From Candidatus Thorarchaeota archaeon (lineage in GTDB: Archaea > Asgardarchaeota > Thorarchaeia > Thorarchaeales > Thorarchaeaceae): a stretch of DNA of 32,000 nt. Shown here in pieces: positions 9,166 through 17,354 of the stretch. The stretch is from NCBI GenBank assembly GCA_003345555.1, contig PRDJ01000067.1:1-32000 (forward strand), written 5' to 3'. Made by a program: the position numbers and the translations under genes. Under the pieces are notes generated by a model that had not been told where the DNA came from, made no database searches, and was given only the letters and a program-made list of their open reading frames with translations. Positions within the stretch are counted from its first letter, which is position 1; the number at the start of each line of letters is the position of its first letter.

Positions 9166-10965
9166 GTGGTGTTGTCGGAGAGTACGGACACTAAGAAAAA
9201 CGGCGTATCGAATAATCCGTATCATGACATTCTCCGAATGGCAAACGATGGAATAGCCGTCGTTCGGGATGGCCAGATTGTCTTTCTCAATCCCGCTTTT
9301 GCAAAGATGATTGGCTACGAGGAGTCAGAACTTCTCGGAAAGAGCTTTGAATCGTTTCTTGATCCTGTTGCATCTCATCTCTACAAAGAAAAACAGGAGC
9401 AGTTTGGGTTCGGGCAGCGAAACAGACCCTCATTTCGTGCAAGATTCATCAGAAGCGACAAGAGCATAATGATTGCCGACGTCAGTACTGCGGACTTCGC
9501 ATTTCAGGGACAACTGGCACTAGTAGTGCTAGTAAGGGATGTGACCCACCAGCTACAACTCGAAAGCCTTCTTGAGCAATCAGAGTCTCGCTACAGGATG
9601 CTGTTTGAATCTTCGCCGATAGCATATTTCGCCATTAGTGCCCGCGGAATCATTCAGGGAATGAACAATGCAGCAGAGAAGCTGCTTGGGTTCAAGTCTG
9701 ATGATTTGCTGCACAGGAGTGTTTCATCGCTTCTTCCCAAGGCTACGACAGAGATAGAGAGGACCAAATCAGTGTTATCAGAGGCTCTCGAAGGGCGGAC
9801 AATCAAAGATGCGGAAATCAAGCTTGGCACCTCCGCTGACGATGACGTGTGGGTGAGTGTGAGCTCTGGACTTCTGCCAATGGACGGACAATCGTCGACA
9901 ATAGGCCTGATTGCCCTGGACATCCATCAAAGGAAGACTGCAGAGGAGAGAGAGAGGGCGCAACGGGAACGTGCGAACCTGTACCTCGAAGTCACCACTC
10001 ATGATTTGAACAACGTGAATCAAACTCTTCTCTTTGTAATGGATCTCATGGAACTCCTGCCTGATCTCTCGGACGAAATGAAGCAGTTGGTGCGTCAGAG
10101 CAATTGGAATGTCAGAAGATCAGCCAGAATGATTTCAAACCTAAAACGCCTCATGTCACTGAGAGACAACCCGCCCCGTATTGGCAGAATAGATCCCTAT
10201 CATCCACTTCAGAGAGCGGTTGATTCGGTACAGCTGGACTTCCCGTGGAAGAGCATCAACATGAAAAGCAACCTGGGTGAAGGTATGTTCTTTCTGGCAG
10301 CTCATTCAGACCTTGAAACTGCTTTCTTCAACATAATCCACAACTCTGCTACTTACGACGACCGAGAATCGGTGGAGGTTGATGTCACGGTAAGCAGGGA
10401 TGAATCAAGCGAAAGCATCCGGTTCGAATTCTGCGACAGGGGTCCTGGCATTCCAGATGCTCTCAAAGAGTCTGTTTTCAAACGAAGCGGCAGTCCTGAC
10501 AAGCAGTCAGTCGGAAGAGGACTGGGCCTGACTCTTGTCGACGCTATTGTAGAAGGGCTTGGCGGGAAGGTGTGGGTAGAAGATCGGGTCGAGGGTCACC
10601 CATCACAAGGGTCGAGATTCGTGGTGCTGATTCCTGAATGGACCGAACTAATCATTCCTTCCTGTGGAAGACCTACGTGCATAACCTTCTACAAGTCGGA
10701 CCACTGTCTGTTCTGTGAGCAAGTGTATTCTATGGTAATTGCTGGAATGCAGGAATTCGGCATTCCAGCAAGGATGGTCCAGATTGTCAACGTGGACGAT
10801 CCGAACGCAGGAATTCCAGTGAGAGATGTGCCCATAGTGCCCCTTGTAAGAATCTGCAAAGAACAGGAACTGACTGGACTTGTCTCAGATGACCAAGTTC
10901 GGTCCGCTTTGTTGACAATGGTCGTCAAGTCGTGCTATCCAGTGTACTGGGGTATACGTTCATGA
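9166..10965 (+). CDS. Soluble PAS-PAS histidine kinase with C-terminal thioredoxin-like CxxC domain
   Basis: Two PAS motifs (NPAFAKMIGY, NNAAEKLLG), H-box THDLNN, N-box FFNIIHNS, G1 DRGPGIP, G2 GRGLGL, then ITFYKSDHCLFC...VPIVP. Confidence 0.9.
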   Translation: MVLSESTDTKKNGVSNNPYHDILRMANDGIAVVRDGQIVFLNPAFAKMIGYEESELLGKSFESFLDPVASHLYKEKQEQFGFGQRNRPSFRARFIRSDKSIMIADVSTADFAFQGQLALVVLVRDVTHQLQLESLLEQSESRYRMLFESSPIAYFAISARGIIQGMNNAAEKLLGFKSDDLLHRSVSSLLPKATTEIERTKSVLSEALEGRTIKDAEIKLGTSADDDVWVSVSSGLLPMDGQSSTIGLIALDIHQRKTAEERERAQRERANLYLEVTTHDLNNVNQTLLFVMDLMELLPDLSDEMKQLVRQSNWNVRRSARMISNLKRLMSLRDNPPRIGRIDPYHPLQRAVDSVQLDFPWKSINMKSNLGEGMFFLAAHSDLETAFFNIIHNSATYDDRESVEVDVTVSRDESSESIRFEFCDRGPGIPDALKESVFKRSGSPDKQSVGRGLGLTLVDAIVEGLGGKVWVEDRVEGHPSQGSRFVVLIPEWTELIIPSCGRPTCITFYKSDHCLFCEQVYSMVIAGMQEFGIPARMVQIVNVDDPNAGIPVRDVPIVPLVRICKEQELTGLVSDDQVRSALLTMVVKSCYPVYWGIRS

Positions 10966-11002
10966 ATATTGGATATCATTCTATTGTCCTTTGAGAAACA
11001 GC

Positions 11003-11035
11003 AGTGTGCTGACCCCCAGAGAGGTCAGACACACT
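11003..11035. other. 12-bp hairpin with one bulge between convergent genes (possible terminator or stabiliser)
   Basis: AGTGTG CTGACC [CCCAGAGA] GGTCAG A CACACT. No U-tract on either side. Confidence 0.45.
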
Positions 11036-11076
11036 AGGAGTATGGGACTGAATGAATTCCAGTATGGCCGCGCGGT

Positions 11077-11439
11077 CTAGAAGAACATGACCCTGTCATG
11101 CTTGAGGACATCGTTTACCATAGCGGCTGCGCCGGCTATCACGATTCTCTTGTCGCGGAAGTCCTTCTCGGTGAGCTTGCGGAACGTAGCAGAGTTGGAA
11201 CAGATCTCAATCTTTCCTCCTGCATCTAGGAAGGAGCTGATCAGGTCAGGCAGGGGTGGAAAGCCCGGAGCCTTGATCTTTTCTGCAATGCCTTTCTTCA
11301 TCAGATACACTGCGTCCATCATCAGGAAGATCTTCACGTCGACATCCAGTGTCTGTGCGGTTGTCCCGGTTACAAACGGTCCGTAGCAGCGTTCTGCAGC
11401 TTCTGGACCCCATTGTCCGACTATGTATAGGCTTGGCAT
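11077..11439 (-). CDS. DsrE/DsrF-like sulfur-relay protein
   Basis: DVKIFLMMDAVYL, GGKIEIC (Cys80 at the DsrE persulfide position), AGAA...VMFF ending. Confidence 0.85.
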   Translation of the reverse strand: MPSLYIVGQWGPEAAERCYGPFVTGTTAQTLDVDVKIFLMMDAVYLMKKGIAEKIKAPGFPPLPDLISSFLDAGGKIEICSNSATFRKLTEKDFRDKRIVIAGAAAMVNDVLKHDRVMFF

Positions 11440-11452
11440 TAACTTGTCACCT

Positions 11453-11848
11453 CTAGACTAACGCTATCTGCGTGTAGTACAACACCATTCCGAGCGCCAG
11501 AAACAGGGTCACAAGTAGGTTTGAGATGTGAGAGCTGTGTATGGGCCCGCCCTGCATCGTCTTGAGCAGGATTGGTAGCACTTTCCCAAACTCCATCAAC
11601 GTTGCGACGAGCAGGAAGATGAAGTCGACTATCAGCAGAATATGCAACAGGTCAAACATGACATACATTGCCGGTGGGAAGAGCAGTTGGTAAAGGAGCG
11701 CAATCATTGCCACCAGCATCGCTATCATGAGCGTCATGACCTGGCTCATGAGATACATACCCATTCGTCTGGCAAGCATGAAACCCGAGAACATCGTGCT
11801 CATGCCCAGTGCGAACAGTATGAAAAGCATGATCTGGAATACAGCCAT
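11453..11848 (-). CDS. Hypothetical ~4-TM membrane protein co-oriented with DsrE
   Basis: Almost entirely hydrophobic 131-aa ORF, 13 nt upstream of the DsrE start. Confidence 0.7.
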   Translation of the reverse strand: MAVFQIMLFILFALGMSTMFSGFMLARRMGMYLMSQVMTLMIAMLVAMIALLYQLLFPPAMYVMFDLLHILLIVDFIFLLVATLMEFGKVLPILLKTMQGGPIHSSHISNLLVTLFLALGMVLYYTQIALV

Positions 11849-11962
11849 GGTTTTCTACCTAATTCTCCGGAACCGCAGATTTGCTCAAATAACTCTGTCG
11901 AAAGAGGCGCTAGAGTAAGGAATAATAGGCCTAGTCCAAGAAGCAAATCTCGAGGTTCTAGA

Positions 11963-12202
11963 ATGCCGAATTACACTGTAGCTCGAGAGCTCGATGCATC
12001 CGGAATGAGATGCCCAATGCCCGTGCTTGAGATGAAGAAAGCGATTACCCAGATCAAGGTCGGTGAGGTTGTCAAGGTAATCGCAACTGATGTTGGCACG
12101 AAGAAAGACTTTCCTGCTTGGGCCGAACGAACGGGTAATGAGATTCTGGAAATGAAGGAAGAGAGCAACAGAATCATATGGTTCATCAAGCGCCTGAAAT
12201 GA
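11963..12202 (+). CDS. tusA: TusA/SirA-family sulfurtransferase (79 aa)
   Basis: LDASGMRCPMPVL (CPxP, Cys17), GEVVKVIATD...DFPAWA. True start ATG 11963 inside the 11642 ORF. Confidence 0.9.
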   Translation: MPNYTVARELDASGMRCPMPVLEMKKAITQIKVGEVVKVIATDVGTKKDFPAWAERTGNEILEMKEESNRIIWFIKRLK

Positions 12203-12374
12203 ATATTGCACTCCCGCAGAGCTCACAGATGGTACGTGGGAAATGCGAGGAAGGGATTTGTGGTTCCGGTTTCGCTCTTGAGGCGTGAGAACGTACTCAC
12301 CGCGGAATCTTCTTCGTGAACATCAGAACATTGTTAATATAGCGGCGATAGAAAATTCGTTAAAGGTGTCCCCG

Positions 12375-12767
12375 ATGGCCGCAATAGACGATATAGAAAA
12401 GATTCTGAAGCAAGTGGGAATCAAGTACACGCGAGACCAAAAAGTAATCACCATGCGCTGGAAGACGGATCACTTCGACGACCTAAAGGTCAAGATCACC
12501 ACAAACAATGACGACTCGTGGACGTATGTCGTAGCGCCGTTCACGAGCATTTCGCAAGTTGACGAAAGCGTGAAGAGTAAATTCTTCTACGATATGCTGA
12601 AAGAGTCGTGGAAGGCAAACGGAGTGAAGTATGTTATTGATAACGACGATGACATAATCGTTATCTCTGAAACGAATGACACTGATTTAACAGCGCAGGA
12701 AGTCCAGACCCTCGTGAACCATGTTGTTCATGCCTGCGATGTACTTTGGGAAATATACCCCTCATGA
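12375..12767 (+). CDS. YbjN/CesT (T3SS-chaperone fold)-like protein
   Basis: 130 aa with an alpha-beta3-alpha-beta2-alpha-like pattern (KFFYDMLKESW...KYVIDNDDDIIV). AGGTG SD before ATG 12375. Confidence 0.55.
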   Translation: MAAIDDIEKILKQVGIKYTRDQKVITMRWKTDHFDDLKVKITTNNDDSWTYVVAPFTSISQVDESVKSKFFYDMLKESWKANGVKYVIDNDDDIIVISETNDTDLTAQEVQTLVNHVVHACDVLWEIYPS

Positions 12768-12957
12768 GCTTCCAAGAACCTGCTTTTTGATATCTGCCTT
12801 CAGACTCCCGGCCAGTCGGAGGACCGACCTGGAAGGCCGTCCTCTTTCTTGTTCTCTGGGTCTGGAGTACCTATCAGATTGGTCCTTGGCGAGTACTGGG
12901 AGAAAGCATAGACAGCATATTGATAAGAGCCCGGTCCTGCGCGGAAGCGGGACCAAT

Positions 12958-13515
12958 ATGAGTCGCAACGTTGCCAATCCAGTATCGTCTCAGGATGACA
13001 AAGAGAAACTGGTTCTAGTACTTCTAACAAAGAGAACAGGATATCTACTCTACTATGTGTTTGGTGCGTTGATCTCAGGCGTCGGTGTTCTTGGCAATGT
13101 TGCAGGAGCCGCTGGGTTCATCGAGCATACCTGGACGAGTTGGGTGCTTAGTATTGTAGTAATAATCTGCGGCAGTCTTGTGATTTCAGCAGCGGAGATA
13201 AAGAGGAGATTCACTCTCTATATTCTGACCACTTGGAACGTGAGAATAAGGAAGGGAATAACAAAGAGGACAACTGTCCGTGTTTTCTATGACGAGATAT
13301 CAGCTGTTGGTACATCAACGAAACTTGAAGAGAAAGACTTCGGAATTGGAGATTTGAAGGTGTACTCGAACGATAACAGCGAGGACCCTGCCGTGGTGTT
13401 TGCTGATATCAACAACCCAGAAGGGATCCGTGAGATTGTTCTTCGTATGATTCAGACAATCCCATCTCCTCTGCCTTGGGCTCACATCCCCAAGACACGA
13501 ACTGTCGTGTTCTGA
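12958..13515 (+). CDS. Membrane protein with bacterial PH (bPH_2)-like domain
   Basis: Two TM helices, then YILTTWNVRIRKGI...VFYDEI...FGIGDLKV...FADINNPE. Confidence 0.75.
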   Translation: MSRNVANPVSSQDDKEKLVLVLLTKRTGYLLYYVFGALISGVGVLGNVAGAAGFIEHTWTSWVLSIVVIICGSLVISAAEIKRRFTLYILTTWNVRIRKGITKRTTVRVFYDEISAVGTSTKLEEKDFGIGDLKVYSNDNSEDPAVVFADINNPEGIREIVLRMIQTIPSPLPWAHIPKTRTVVF

Positions 13516-13615
13516 TAGGGCGCCTCGTGCGGATTGGTGAACCTGGCAGCTGCCTCCCTGTGTATCACTTGGGTAAGGCTAAGGGTTATCATTCATGGCG
13601 TGCGCATGTATACCC

Positions 13616-13780
13616 ATGACGAGACATCTAACAGTGAAGATACCCGAAGACTTCAAAATGATGTGGTACAGGAAGAACCTGCAATATGGCCTCGGTTACT
13701 CGTCTTTTCCTGAGTTCATAAAAGACTGCATGCGGCGTCGTTTTGAAGAAATCGACAGCGCGCGCGGCAAGGTCGGCTAG
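13616..13780 (+). CDS. Ribbon-helix-helix (CopG/Arc) DNA-binding protein
   Basis: HLTVKIPED beta-strand, then GYSSFPEFIKDCMRR (matches GY.S.SEFIR.A.R). Confidence 0.7.
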   Translation: MTRHLTVKIPEDFKMMWYRKNLQYGLGYSSFPEFIKDCMRRRFEEIDSARGKVG

Positions 13781-14065
13781 GCGTGACATAAGTCGAAACA
13801 TGCGGTGACAAGACGGTTAGGAAGTTAACCCTGGCAAGCAGACCAGATTGTGGCCATTGACGTCGGTGTTCTTCTCAACGTCTAGATTGTCAGTTTAGAA
13901 GAAAAGCATAGCATGTTGATGGGAAATATGTCTGAAGTATGACAGAAGAGAAGTGCAGAAAGTGTCATTCATCGAGGATTGTGTGGCGTGATGTAGTTTT
14001 TGACGTTAGTCGGGATTCCGCTTAAGTTAAGTACCATGGATTCGTGTGTGTTGCAGTGGCTTTTG

Positions 14066-15499
14066 GTGAAGACCGGAAACGAATACCTGCAGAAACTCTA
14101 TCAGATGAAACCGAATGTAATTATCGATGGGAAAAAAGTCAAACGTGACGACCCGCGACTTCAAGCAGTCGCTCAGATAATGGCATTAACATTAGATAAG
14201 GTCGAGGATCCGGAGTTCAAGGATCTTCTCAATGTAGAGTCTCAGAAGTTTGGAACAATCAGTCGATTCACGAATATCCATCAAAGTGTTGATGACCTTC
14301 TAAAGAAGCAGGAATTGACGAGAAAGTTATGTCGCGAAACCGGCGGTTGCGTTTTTCGGTGTATGGGCATTGACGCAATGAATGCATTGTCAATCATCAC
14401 TCATCGAGCTGAAGCAATGACTGGACAACCCTATAATCAGAGATTCTTGAAGTATCTAGACTACTGGCAAGAGAACAACATTGTCGGTAGTTGCGCACAG
14501 ACAGATCCCAAGGGAAATAGAGCTCTGAGACCTCATGAACAAGCAGACCCTGACCTATACCTCCGGGTCGTTGAGCATCGGGATGATGGTATTGTCGTTC
14601 GAGGAGCGAAGAATCACATAACAGCTGCTGCAGTAGCAGAGGAGATCATAGTCCTTCCCACACGAATGCTCACCCCTGAGGAAGATCAATATGCTGTTGC
14701 GTTTGCGGTTCCTGGCGATTGGGACGGCGTACAGCTCGTCACTCGCGCATCTAGCCACAAACGTGAGAGGTTCGCGTGTCCGATGGGCGAATTTGGAGAC
14801 GTGGAGAATTTCATCATCTTTGACGACGCCTTTATTCCGAATGATCGTGTCTTTCTGAGCGGACGCAAAGGAGAACATGCACTTGGAGGATTTGCCGCCC
14901 TGCTTTTCGCACTCTATCATCGACATAGCTATACCGGATGCAAGCCAGCAAGTTCAGAGATAATATTGGGTTTCAGTGCACTGGTAAGTGAGTATAACGG
15001 AATCGAGGACAAAACCCACGTGCAATCGAAACTTGCTGATTTGATTAGTGTAAGTGAACTGGTCTACGCAGCGGGAATTGCTGCAGCACATAAGGCATCA
15101 AAGGATGAATCAGGGACAATGATTCCAGATGCAGTCTTCTGTAATGTTGGCAGGAAACATGCAGGGAAGAGTTACTACCACGAGCTTGAGATTCTGTCTG
15201 ACTTAGCAGGAGGTCTACCTGCAACACTTCCTCACGAAGAGGACTTCTATGACGAGAGCATTGGACCACTCCTTCAGAAATACATCAAACGAAAAGAAGA
15301 CGTGTCGTCTGAAGACGTCTACAAGCTGTATAGAGCTCTCTCGGATATCCTATGTTCCTCGATTGGAGGTGTAACAGCAGTAGCTGGGCTTCACGGTGGA
15401 GGGAGTCCACAAATGGAGGATATTGCTATCCTGAAAGGGTATGACGTAGAGCTGAGGAAGAGAATCGCAAAGCACCTTGCAGGAATTCCGGAAAGCTAA
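14066..15499 (+). CDS. 4-hydroxybutyryl-CoA dehydratase-like (AbfD/HpaB family), divergent copy
   Basis: Fe-S ligand motifs GCVFRC and HRHSYTGC, QTDPKG, LHGGGSP. Start likely GTG 14066 (VKTGNEY). Confidence 0.85.
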   Translation: MKTGNEYLQKLYQMKPNVIIDGKKVKRDDPRLQAVAQIMALTLDKVEDPEFKDLLNVESQKFGTISRFTNIHQSVDDLLKKQELTRKLCRETGGCVFRCMGIDAMNALSIITHRAEAMTGQPYNQRFLKYLDYWQENNIVGSCAQTDPKGNRALRPHEQADPDLYLRVVEHRDDGIVVRGAKNHITAAAVAEEIIVLPTRMLTPEEDQYAVAFAVPGDWDGVQLVTRASSHKRERFACPMGEFGDVENFIIFDDAFIPNDRVFLSGRKGEHALGGFAALLFALYHRHSYTGCKPASSEIILGFSALVSEYNGIEDKTHVQSKLADLISVSELVYAAGIAAAHKASKDESGTMIPDAVFCNVGRKHAGKSYYHELEILSDLAGGLPATLPHEEDFYDESIGPLLQKYIKRKEDVSSEDVYKLYRALSDILCSSIGGVTAVAGLHGGGSPQMEDIAILKGYDVELRKRIAKHLAGIPES

Positions 15500-15647
15500 T
15501 CTTTCAGATTTGCTGTCGAAGTCCACGGGCTTGCTAAATCAGAGAATCGAATAAGGCATACTCCGAAGTAGTTGCAATGTTGAGAAGAACCTCTGATATG
15601 GTTTCAATATCAAGGCAGTATGATCTTGAGATGCTGAAGGCAAACTG

Positions 15648-17342
15648 TCAGTGTTTCTGTTCCTCTGCCCTCTTGGCTTCTTGCTCTCTCAGATCTCTTC
15701 GAAGCACTTTGCCCACTAGTGTTTCAGGAAGTTCCTTTCTAAATTCAATGAACTTGGGAACTTTGTAGGGTGACACACTTTTCCTGCAAAACTCCCGGAT
15801 TCCATTTTCAAGTTCGGCGCTTGCCTTGAACCCTTCCTTCAAGACTACATACGCCTTGACTAGTTCACTCCCCTTCAACTTCGGGTCTGGAATGCCAATG
15901 ACAGCCGCGTTCTCAATAGCTTCATGTTCAAATAGCACATCTTCGACCTCTCGTGGATAGACCTTGAATCCACTAACATCGATCATGTCCTTCTTCCTGT
16001 CCATTATGAAGAAGTAGCCATCCTCATCCATTCTTCCTATGTCGCCAGTCAAGAGCCATCTATCTTTGATTTGAGAATCAGTGGCCTCCGGTTTGTTCCA
16101 ATAACCCATCATGACTTGGGGCCCTCTGATCATTATCTCGCCCTGCTCTCCTACAGGCATAATCTTAGTGTAGTCGTCGGTATCTACGATTCTCACCTCT
16201 GTGTCTGGAAGTGGCACACCTATAGACCCTACTTTCCGCAATCCAATGATAGGATTGCTGTGAGTGACTGGAGAGCATTCGGTAAGACCGTATCCTTCAA
16301 TTATGACGCAGCCAGTTCTTTCCTCAAACTCATGCAAAACCTCGGGCGGCATAGCCGCAGCACCAGTATTGCAGAATCGTATTGACCTCAGGTCCTTTGC
16401 ATAGTCTTCAAGGTCATCTCGTTCCAATAGCTTCATGTACATCGTTGGCACGCCGGGAAACATCGACGGTTTGGTTTCTCGAACAATCTCGAATAGTGAT
16501 TTCTGATCTCGAGCATCAGGATTCAAGGCAATCCGAGAAGCATTGTATATCCATACATTCATGCAAACTGTCATTCCGTAAATATGGAATAAAGGCAAGT
16601 TAGTAAGTCCTGTCTCCTTTCCTTTCTCCATTTGCGAAGAAACCAAGGTGTATACAGCAATACAGTTTGAAAGCAAGTTATAGTGTGTAAGCATGGCTCC
16701 TTTCGGAAGTCCTGAAGTTCCACCTGTGTATTGAAGCACCGCGATTGTTTTCTTAGGATCGATTTCGAATTGTGGCGGATTGGGCTTTGTTCTGCTTATC
16801 AGATTCAGAAACTGCATTGTCCCCGATATCTCAGGGGGGTCTCTTGGAGCATTTGGGATGAAATCCATGACACTAGTAATGATAATGTTCCTGAGTCGCG
16901 TACGGTCTTTGATATTGTTGATTTTCTCAAGCTGAGCATCCCAAGCTATGATGGTTTCGGCCCCGGAATCATTGAGCTGGTACGCCAGCTCTGGCTCGGT
17001 CAATAACACGCTGCATGCCGTTACAATCCCGCCCGCTTTAAGAATCCCATAGAAACTGAATAGGAATTGCGGGAAGTTCGGAATCATGATTGCAACTGTA
17101 TCACCTTTCTTCACACCCAGATTCTGAAGCGCTGTAGCAAGTCGGTCAGCTATGTCCTTGAATTCCTTGTATGATATCTTCCTCTTCTGGAACCAAATCG
17201 CAGTATGATTTCCGAACTGATTTGCAGAATTGTCCAGTATCTCATATAGGTTCATTTCAGGATAGTCTATATGTTCGGGTACACCTTGGTCATAGTGCTC
17301 TAGCCATGGTTTAGCTGCATACGGGTCTTCGCTCATCTTCAT
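15648..17342 (-). CDS. AMP-forming acyl-CoA synthetase (FadD-like)
   Basis: YTGGTSGLPKG, GYGLTE, TGDIG, RKKDMI, GKVLRR. Confidence 0.92.
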   Translation of the reverse strand: MKMSEDPYAAKPWLEHYDQGVPEHIDYPEMNLYEILDNSANQFGNHTAIWFQKRKISYKEFKDIADRLATALQNLGVKKGDTVAIMIPNFPQFLFSFYGILKAGGIVTACSVLLTEPELAYQLNDSGAETIIAWDAQLEKINNIKDRTRLRNIIITSVMDFIPNAPRDPPEISGTMQFLNLISRTKPNPPQFEIDPKKTIAVLQYTGGTSGLPKGAMLTHYNLLSNCIAVYTLVSSQMEKGKETGLTNLPLFHIYGMTVCMNVWIYNASRIALNPDARDQKSLFEIVRETKPSMFPGVPTMYMKLLERDDLEDYAKDLRSIRFCNTGAAAMPPEVLHEFEERTGCVIIEGYGLTECSPVTHSNPIIGLRKVGSIGVPLPDTEVRIVDTDDYTKIMPVGEQGEIMIRGPQVMMGYWNKPEATDSQIKDRWLLTGDIGRMDEDGYFFIMDRKKDMIDVSGFKVYPREVEDVLFEHEAIENAAVIGIPDPKLKGSELVKAYVVLKEGFKASAELENGIREFCRKSVSPYKVPKFIEFRKELPETLVGKVLRRDLREQEAKRAEEQKH

Positions 17343-17354
17343 AGACTTCCTTCG

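Noticed and set aside
10963-11040. Selenocysteine read-through of the kinase TGA with the 11003-11035 hairpin as SECIS
   Set aside because: The TGA is not at a conserved Cys position and adds only 24 residues with no motif. The hairpin UGA is Watson-Crick paired and lacks the AUGA/GA kink-turn core.
11642-11962. His-rich N-terminal extension of TusA
   Set aside because: It is antisense to the hydrophobic membrane gene, whose Met/Val/Leu codons generate the His/Gln content.
12721-12957. N-terminal extension of the PH-domain ORF
   Set aside because: It overlaps the upstream gene and has no protein-like pattern. ATG 12958 fits the family size.
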